From assembly GCF_049243625.1 (NCBI RefSeq), contig NZ_CP046975.1: a stretch of 32,000 bases of DNA. One strand, given 5' to 3'. Source of the DNA: Corynebacterium amycolatum (lineage in GTDB: Bacteria; Actinomycetota; Actinomycetes; Mycobacteriales; Mycobacteriaceae). This document shows positions 26,105 through 32,000 of this stretch, piece after piece. Under the pieces are notes generated by a model that worked only from the letters and a program-made list of their open reading frames with translations, had not been told where the DNA came from and did not search any database. The position numbers and the translations under genes are program-made. Positions within the stretch are counted from its first letter, which is position 1. Each line of letters opens with the position of its first letter.

Positions 26105-26578
26105 GTGCCCACCGGCGAAACGCCGACCAGACACACTTTTTGCTACTTAACCCATATTTCGGTCCACGAAGATACCTACGCGCTGGAGAAGCTGGCCGAG
26201 GTCAAGTCAGCGCGCAACCTCACCATGATTCTGACTCCTGGTAACCACGATCAGATTCACCCCAAGTTCCAGCCTGCGGTGCAGATGGAATGGATGGGCG
26301 CCTTCCAGAATGTCTTTGACCTCATCAGCCTGAATCTCCAGATTAAACAGGGCAAGAAGGCCTATCTCTTCAACCACTACCCCACGCTGATGGATCGGAC
26401 CGCGTCCAAGAATGCCGTCCGCTGGGCTCCGCACGCTAATCGTTGGACCGGCATCGTTCACGGTCACACGCATTCGTCCGTGACGCTCATGCCCGGCCAC
26501 GTCAACGTCGCGCCCGAAGCCCACGACCTGCAGATTATCCACAGTTCGACACTCTGGGACCTCCTGGATCAGGTCTAA
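26105..26578 (+). pseudogene. Metallophosphoesterase fragment lacking the N-terminal metal-binding motifs
   Basis: GNHD, LFNHYP and GIVHGHTHS motifs are present. The expected upstream DxHxGH and GD motifs are absent, and the ORF starts at a GTG only 45 codons before GNHD. Confidence 0.45.
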
Positions 26579-26701
26579 CCTTTAGCTTTACGACGGTCCC
26601 CGCGCCCCAGCCCAACCGCGCCACCTGCGGCTTCGGCTGGGGAACTCATAGCGCCCACGTCTCTAAGTACTCAGGTACTGGCTAGCTCGGGCAGCTTGGT
26701 G

Positions 26702-26718
26702 CCCCCCCCCAAAAAAAA
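26702..26718. repeat. Homopolymer junction C9A8
   Basis: g-ccccccccc-aaaaaaaa-ta, read directly from the sequence. Confidence 0.9.
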
Positions 26719-26840
26719 TAGTGCTCCATCGCCTCCTATGCGCCTGTCCACTTATGGCTTAACTGTCCGCCTATGGCCCAAAAGTGACCTGTGGCGCAAA
26801 TGTGTACATATGGTCGCGTACACAGAGCCAAACGTTACTG

Positions 26841-26871
26841 TCGAGCCATACGTCATCTTCGAGCCATACGT
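26841..26871. repeat. Tandem direct repeat tcgagccatacgt x2, 18-nt period
   Basis: tcgagccatacgt at 26841-26853 and again at 26859-26871. Confidence 0.7.
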
Positions 26872-27044
26872 GGCGTGCTGCCGCGATGCCGTGATGGCTC
26901 CTCTTCACTTGTCATTGCGCTATTGGGATTCTAGAACCCCCGCATAAATGGCGAGTAAGTGGCAACCTTTCGGCTCCAGCGCTCTGGCCCAAGACTCCAG
27001 CGACTTGTGGCCAAGGTATTCACCTATCGATGCGCTGGAGCGTG

Positions 27045-27170
27045 GCCATAAGTGAATACCTCATCGACATGTGAGAGACCCGGCCAATACCGTGCGCATA
27101 AGTGCCGAAAAACCATCGACAAGACCCCGAAACTTGGCCATAAGTGGCGGAATAGAAAATAGACCGCTCA
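27045..27170. repeat. Three degenerate ~42-50 bp tandem units, each beginning (G/C)CATAAGTG (iteron-like)
   Basis: CATAAGTG at 27047, 27097 and 27139. The first two units share ATCGACA and all three share AGACC. Related copies lie at 26943 (cataaatg) and 26956 (gtaagtgg). Inverted copies lie at 26749-26756 (cacttatg) and in the DAACS leader (908-921). Confidence 0.5.
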
Positions 27171-27282
27171 CTCCCACGGCCCAACCCCTCAATAACCAGC
27201 CGGGGCGCGTCGGGGAAAGACACGAATTTTGTCCTTTGGCCCGAATATTTAATGATTGTTTTAGTGGATTAACACTGCGAAT

Positions 27283-27320
27283 AAAAAACCAGGCCAGAGA
27301 AAAACTCTCTGACCTGGCCT
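27283..27320 (-). terminator. Rho-independent terminator downstream of tRNA-Asn
   Basis: Imperfect hairpin aggccagaga-aaaac-tctctgacctggcct, followed on the minus strand by a U-tract (tttttt). Confidence 0.55.
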
Positions 27321-27325
27321 AATTG

Positions 27326-27397
27326 CTCCTCCAGCTGGACTCGAACCAGCAACCCTTCGATTAACAGTCGAATGCTCTGCCATTGAGCTATGGAGGA
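27326..27397 (-). tRNA. tRNA-Asn (anticodon GTT)
   Basis: The reverse complement is TCCTCCATAGCTCAATGGCAGAGCATTCGACTGTTAATCGAAGGGTTGCTGGTTCGAGTCCAGCTGGAGGAG. Acceptor TCCTCCA/TGGAGGA, anticodon loop CTGTTAA, T-loop GGTTCGAGTCC. Confidence 0.9.
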
Positions 27398-27681
27398 ATA
27401 CTCACCGCCAAGAACTAGCTAAACCATACTTCGGCCACACCGTTCCTTGCGACGGATAGATACTTTACCCAGACCCCTTGAAACTCACAAATCGCCAGGT
27501 CAGAGGTTCATTTAGGCATCTTATTCCCATCGGCCATGACATTGTTGTGAGTTCTTGAAACCACACAATCCGTGCAATCCACACAATCCACGCAATCTCA
27601 CACAGCCCAACGAAGCCCCCAGCAGTACTGAAAACGCTTTCCATCATGCACTTTTCGTACCGCGTTCATACGATGGGACTT

Positions 27682-28839
27682 ATGTCTGAACAAACCAACG
27701 GAACCGAAAACACCGAGCAAACCGCACGCGTTGTTCGCGGTGTTATCGCACGCGAGAAGGGTGCACCGGTAGAACTTACAGATATCCACATCCCATCCCC
27801 GGGCCCGAACGATGTCATTGTTGACATCCAGGCCTGCGGCGTGTGCCATACCGATCTGGCTTACCGCGACGGCGATATCGCCGACGAGTACCCGTTCTTC
27901 CTCGGCCACGAGGCCGCAGGCGTAGTCTCCGAGGTTGGCGAAGAGGTCACGCATGTTGCCGTCGGCGATTTCGTTGTCCTCAATTGGCGCGCCGTCTGTG
28001 GCGAGTGCCGCGCCTGTAAGCGTGGTGAGCCACAGTACTGCTTTAGCACTTTCAACGCCTCCAAGCCCATGACGCTTGACGACGGCACCGTCCTCACCCC
28101 AGCACTTGGAATCGGCGCTTTTGCGGATGCCACCCTCGTCCACGAGGGCCAGTGCACCAAGGTCGATTCGGCAGCCGATCCGGCCGTTGCGGGTCTGCTT
28201 GGCTGCGGCGTCATGGCCGGCATCGGTGCGGCCATCAACACCGGCGAGGTCAAGCGCGGTGAATCAGTAGCCGTCATCGGCTGCGGTGGCGTTGGTACCG
28301 CCGCTATCGCCGGTGCCAAGCTGGCTGGCGCTAGCACGATTATTGCCATCGATATCTCGGATGAGAAGCTCGACACCGCCCGCGAATTCGGCGCGACCGA
28401 GACCATTAACTCTGCGGAGCTGACTAAGAGCGATAAGGGCACCGGGGAAGAGGATCCCGTCGTTAAGCGAGTGCGTGAGCTTACCGACGGTTTCGGTGCT
28501 GACGTCGTGATTGATGCGGTCGGCCGTCCGGAAACTTACAAGCAGGCGTTCTACGCCCGTGACCTGGCTGGACGTGTTGTTCTGGTCGGCGTTCCGGCGC
28601 CGACGATGGAGCTGGACATCCCGCTGGCGGATGTGTTTAGCCGCGGTGGTGCACTGAAGTCGTCCTGGTACGGCGACTGCCTGCCGGAGCGGGACTTCCC
28701 GATGCTGGTAGATCTGTCGTTGCAAAACCGCCTGCCGTTGGAGGGCTTCGTAACGGAGCGCATTGGCATTGAAGATGTTGATGAGGCTTTCGAAACTATG
28801 AAGGCCGGTAAGGTACTGCGATCGGTGGTGACGCTGTGA
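27682..28839 (+). CDS. mscR: S-(hydroxymethyl)mycothiol dehydrogenase / class III Zn-dependent alcohol dehydrogenase
   Basis: [47 protein letters not shown]...FLGHEAAG...[15 protein letters not shown] closely follows the MscR (Rv2259)/FadH pattern. An MBL hydrolase follows, as in mycobacteria and corynebacteria. The start could be ATG 27682 or 27673. Confidence 0.85.
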   Translation: MSEQTNGTENTEQTARVVRGVIAREKGAPVELTDIHIPSPGPNDVIVDIQACGVCHTDLAYRDGDIADEYPFFLGHEAAGVVSEVGEEVTHVAVGDFVVLNWRAVCGECRACKRGEPQYCFSTFNASKPMTLDDGTVLTPALGIGAFADATLVHEGQCTKVDSAADPAVAGLLGCGVMAGIGAAINTGEVKRGESVAVIGCGGVGTAAIAGAKLAGASTIIAIDISDEKLDTAREFGATETINSAELTKSDKGTGEEDPVVKRVRELTDGFGADVVIDAVGRPETYKQAFYARDLAGRVVLVGVPAPTMELDIPLADVFSRGGALKSSWYGDCLPERDFPMLVDLSLQNRLPLEGFVTERIGIEDVDEAFETMKAGKVLRSVVTL

Positions 28840-29468
28840 ACAAGGATTTGAGAGTCGACCACGTTCTCACGTCGGGCACGTTCTCGCTCGACGGTGGCAC
28901 GTGGGACGTAGACAACAACGTATGGGTGCTCGGCGACGACCGTGAGGTCATTGTCATCGATGCGGCGCATGAGGCGCAGCCAATTATTGATGCGGTGGAT
29001 GGCCGCAAGGTAAAGGCCATCGTGTGCACCCATGCACACAACGATCACATCACTGTGGCACCTGAGCTGCAGGAAAAGCTCGACGCTCCCCTGCTGGTCC
29101 ACCCGGGCGACCAGATGCTGTGGGAGCAGTCCTGGCCGAACCTGGCGCACGAGGACCTCGCACACGGTCAGCGCCTGGAGATTGCGGGCACGGAAGTTGT
29201 CATTATTAACACTCCGGGCCACTCCCCTGGCTCGTGCTGTCTGTACGTGCCGGAGGCCGCGGAGCTGTTCTCGGGTGACACGCTGTTTTCCGGCGGTCCT
29301 GGAGCGACCGGCCGGTCCTACTCGGATTTCGACACGATTATTAACTCCATCCGCGACAACCTGCTGACCCTGCCTGCGGAAACGACTGTCCGCACGGGTC
29401 ATGGCGATCACACGACGATTGGTCGCGAGGCTCCACACTTGGAAGAGTGGATTCGCCGCGGCTACTAG
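28836..29468 (+). CDS. MBL-fold metallo-hydrolase
   Basis: CTHAHNDH (the HxHxDH motif) and NTPGHSPGS. The GTG overlaps the upstream stop (GTGA). Confidence 0.85.
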   Translation: MNKDLRVDHVLTSGTFSLDGGTWDVDNNVWVLGDDREVIVIDAAHEAQPIIDAVDGRKVKAIVCTHAHNDHITVAPELQEKLDAPLLVHPGDQMLWEQSWPNLAHEDLAHGQRLEIAGTEVVIINTPGHSPGSCCLYVPEAAELFSGDTLFSGGPGATGRSYSDFDTIINSIRDNLLTLPAETTVRTGHGDHTTIGREAPHLEEWIRRGY

Positions 29469-29517
29469 TCGCTAGCTGCTGACGGGTGGCTGGCGCCTAG
29501 AAACTGCTAGCCACTAG

Positions 29518-31449
29518 CTACTCAAATACAACCTTGACCGCCTCTGCTTGCAGTTCGCGGCGGTACTGCTCCATCGCGAGCAAATCCGCGAACAGCGTGT
29601 TGTAGGCGGTTTCGTCGTCTGAGGGGCGCATCCGCGAGAGCATCGCTTTCAGCTGTGCAATCTGGTCACCGACCCACACTTCCTGCAGTCGCGCCAGAAT
29701 CGCCTGCGCATACGGGCGCAGCGTCTCCGCATCGACAGCGATTTGCTCCACCCCCAGCTCAGTCACGAGATGCTTGACGACGTCCTCCCGCGCCTGATCC
29801 ATAATTGCGGTCGCCCAACTATGTGGCTGTGTGGCCGCTTCCCCGCAGGCACCACCTGCAGCCATGATGGCGTCGAATACCGCTCGGTAGGTCGGATGCC
29901 CAAAGGTCTCGGGTGCGAGCGCATCGAATACCGGGCCGGTGGTGGCGGGCTCCTGAATTGCCAGCTTGAGGGCCTCACGCTGCGCATAGAGCACAGGGTC
30001 CCGCGGATTTGGATACGGCAGTGCCGAGTTGCGCCGGCGCCGCGCTTCCTCCACCTCTTCGCGGGCACGGGCCTCTTCTTGGCGACGCTGGTAGGGAGTG
30101 CGTTTTTCGCTCTGTGGCCGACTGGCCTCCTCGCGGACACGCTGTACCAGCTCGGCCTCATCATTCCAGCCGATCCAGCCGGCAACTTCGCGGGCATACT
30201 CATCGCGCAGCGCCGCGTCCTTGAGCTGGGCCAGGACAGGCACCACGCGGCGCAGCCCGGAGACCCTGCCATTAGCGGTGGTCAGGTCGTAGTCGGCCAG
30301 AAGCGTGCGGAGGACAAATTCGATCAATGGCCGTCGTGAAGCGACGAGATCGCGCACTGCGGCCTCGCCCTTCTTCTGGCGCAAATCGCACGGATCCATG
30401 CCGTCCGGCGCGACCGCGACGTATGACTGGCCGGTGAAGTTCTGCTCCCCCTCGAAGGCGCGCATGGCGGCCTTCTGCCCTGCCTCGTCGCCGTCGAAGG
30501 TGTAGATGAGTTCGCCGCGGAAGAAGTTGTCGTCGAGCATGAGACGGCGCAGCAGCTGGAGGTGTTCCTCGCCAAAAGCGGTACCACAGGACGCGACGGC
30601 CGTGGTCACACCCGAGGCGTGCATGGACATGACGTCGGTGTAGCCCTCAACGATCACGGCCTGGTGGCCAGCGGCAATGTCCTTCTTGGCCAAATCCAGG
30701 CCGAAGAGCACCTTGGACTTCTTGTACAGCATGGTCTCGGGAGTGTTCATGTACTTGCCCAGGTTGTCATCGTCGAAAAGCTTGCGGGCACCGAAGCCGA
30801 TGACATCGCCGGACATATTGCGAATCGGCCACATGAGACGACGGTGGAAACGATCGATCGGCCCCATCCGCCCCATCTTGGAAAGACCCGCCTTATCCAG
30901 CTCTTCGAAGCTGAAGCCCAGACGCTGCAGGTGCTTGGTTAGAGTGTCCCAGCCGGCCGGCGAGTAGCCACAGCCGAACTGTGCCGCGTGCTCGGCGGTG
31001 AATCCACGGTTTTCCAGAAACTCTCGCGCGGGTGCTGCCGCTGGCGTGGAGAACTGTTCGCGGTAGAACTTCTGTGCCTCGCGGTTTGCGGCGATGAGAC
31101 GCTGTCGGGTTCCCGGTTCCTCGCGACGACCTGTGCCGCCGCCCTCATAGTTAATGTGGAAGCCAATTTTCTCCGCACAGGCTTCGACAGCCTCCGGGAA
31201 AGACAGGTGTTCCATCTCCATGAGGAAGCTAAATACATCACCGCCCTTGCCAGTGGAAAAGCAGTGGTAATAGCCATGATTGGGGCGTACGTGGAACGAC
31301 GGCGTGCGCTCGTCCTTAAAAGGCGAAAGCCCTTTCAGAGAATCCGCGCCAGCCGGTTTGAGGTTCACGTATTCCGCAACGATCTCCTCAATCGGAGTCC
31401 GCTCGCGGATCGCCGCGATATCGGAGTCCGGAATTCTTCCCCTAGCCAT
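29518..31449 (-). CDS. dnaG: DNA primase
   Basis: From ATG 31449: MARGRIPDSDIAAIRERTPIEEIV. Zinc ribbon ..PFKDERTPSFHVRPNHGYYHCFSTGKGGDVFSF.., and a TOPRIM region EGYTDVM...DGDEAG. Confidence 0.95.
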   Translation of the reverse strand: MARGRIPDSDIAAIRERTPIEEIVAEYVNLKPAGADSLKGLSPFKDERTPSFHVRPNHGYYHCFSTGKGGDVFSFLMEMEHLSFPEAVEACAEKIGFHINYEGGGTGRREEPGTRQRLIAANREAQKFYREQFSTPAAAPAREFLENRGFTAEHAAQFGCGYSPAGWDTLTKHLQRLGFSFEELDKAGLSKMGRMGPIDRFHRRLMWPIRNMSGDVIGFGARKLFDDDNLGKYMNTPETMLYKKSKVLFGLDLAKKDIAAGHQAVIVEGYTDVMSMHASGVTTAVASCGTAFGEEHLQLLRRLMLDDNFFRGELIYTFDGDEAGQKAAMRAFEGEQNFTGQSYVAVAPDGMDPCDLRQKKGEAAVRDLVASRRPLIEFVLRTLLADYDLTTANGRVSGLRRVVPVLAQLKDAALRDEYAREVAGWIGWNDEAELVQRVREEASRPQSEKRTPYQRRQEEARAREEVEEARRRRNSALPYPNPRDPVLYAQREALKLAIQEPATTGPVFDALAPETFGHPTYRAVFDAIMAAGGACGEAATQPHSWATAIMDQAREDVVKHLVTELGVEQIAVDAETLRPYAQAILARLQEVWVGDQIAQLKAMLSRMRPSDDETAYNTLFADLLAMEQYRRELQAEAVKVVFE

Positions 31450-31569
31450 GAAAATAACCTTACCCAACCCGTCCAATCGACTCCGCCGTAGAGGTTTCGC
31501 TTAACGACGAGCCGCCCGCGCCCAACCCAAAAACGTTCCGGTGGCAACAGATATGGAAAGATACTAGCC

Positions 31570-32000
31570 ATGGCTGAGTGGAAGAAGATTGCGAGCGGCG
31601 TAGGCGCTGCCGCCCTGGTGCTAGCTGGTAGCTATCTGGGGCTCGATGGCGGAGATCAGAACTCTACGGCATCCGAGAACTCACAGGGGTCGCAGAATTC
31701 CGAATCGCAGACTTCCGCTGCGCCCAGCTCGAAATCGAGTCCGAAGCCTGGCACTAATTCGGGCAGCAACAAGACTGGCGCCAAGGGCGCCACCTGCGCA
31801 GTAGATACCCTGCCGCAGGAGGCCGACGATGTTATCGACCGCATCCTGACCGACCAGGACCACATCTATTCGCAGCACGACGGCAAGCACTTCGGCAACT
31901 ACGAGGGACGCCTGCCGAGGCAGCGCGGTGACTACTACCGCGAATACACCGTGACCACACCGGGTAATTCCAGCCGCGGCGCACGTCGCATCGTTGTCGG
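31570..32000 (+). CDS. Secreted guanyl-specific ribonuclease, RNase Sa/barnase (N1/T1) family, 5' part; runs off the right edge
   Basis: MAEWKKIASGVGAAALVLAGSYL (signal or anchor), a Ser/Asn/Gln-rich linker, then CAVDTLPQEADDVIDRI...YSQHDGKHFGNYEGRLPRQRGDYYREYTVTTPGNSSRGARRIVVG. This tracks the RNase Sa sequence closely. Confidence 0.85.
   Translation, partial: MAEWKKIASGVGAAALVLAGSYLGLDGGDQNSTASENSQGSQNSESQTSAAPSSKSSPKPGTNSGSNKTGAKGATCAVDTLPQEADDVIDRILTDQDHIYSQHDGKHFGNYEGRLPRQRGDYYREYTVTTPGNSSRGARRIVV

Noticed and set aside
26965-27005. Possible att-type repeat of the tRNA-Asn 3' end (ctccagc 7-mers)
   Set aside because: Only 7-nt matches exist, which is too short to support an attachment-site repeat.
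28551-29438. 295-aa minus-strand ORF
   Set aside because: It is antisense to the 3' end of the MscR gene and to the MBL hydrolase gene.
1-32000. CRISPR arrays, rRNA genes, IS elements and transposases
   Set aside because: I saw no regularly spaced repeats of CRISPR type, no rRNA-like sequence, and no transposase-like ORF or terminal inverted repeats.

Overview
The window is a high-GC actinobacterial chromosome segment. Mycothiol-dependent formaldehyde dehydrogenase, PhoH2, an MsiK-type ATPase and a pSAM2-type Rep suggest Corynebacterium or a close relative; that assignment is inference. Most of it is ordinary core and transport genes. These are a DAACS symporter (partial), a DHA2 MFS exporter, tdk, a PfkB sugar kinase, and a sugar ABC importer (SBP, two permeases, DUF624 protein, separate MsiK-like ATPase). 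There is also a DUF4032 kinase-like protein, PhoH2, an FtsX/ATPase ABC pair beside a two-component system, aldehyde dehydrogenase, MscR plus an MBL hydrolase, dnaG, and the start of a secreted RNase Sa/barnase-family gene. The main accessory feature is a compact element of about 6.3 kb (3151..9426) integrated into the 3' half of tRNA-Met and bounded by 45-bp direct repeats. It carries a tyrosine integrase, Xis, an HUH (RepSA-like) replication initiator, an FtsK/SpoIIIE-type translocase split over two frames, two small HTH proteins and three unassignable small proteins. This matches the architecture of an actinomycete integrative and conjugative element (AICE). Inside it, the octamer TTTGTACC recurs around the regulatory hub. 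Three other points deserve a second look. The NarL-type histidine kinase next to the ABC pair has no sensor or TM region. Its response regulator carries a Gly/Ser-rich insertion. A 0.75-kb ORF-free, repeat-rich stretch with a C9A8 tract lies beside tRNA-Asn and may be a decayed island. All functional calls come from reading the translated ORFs and motifs by eye; no database search was run.
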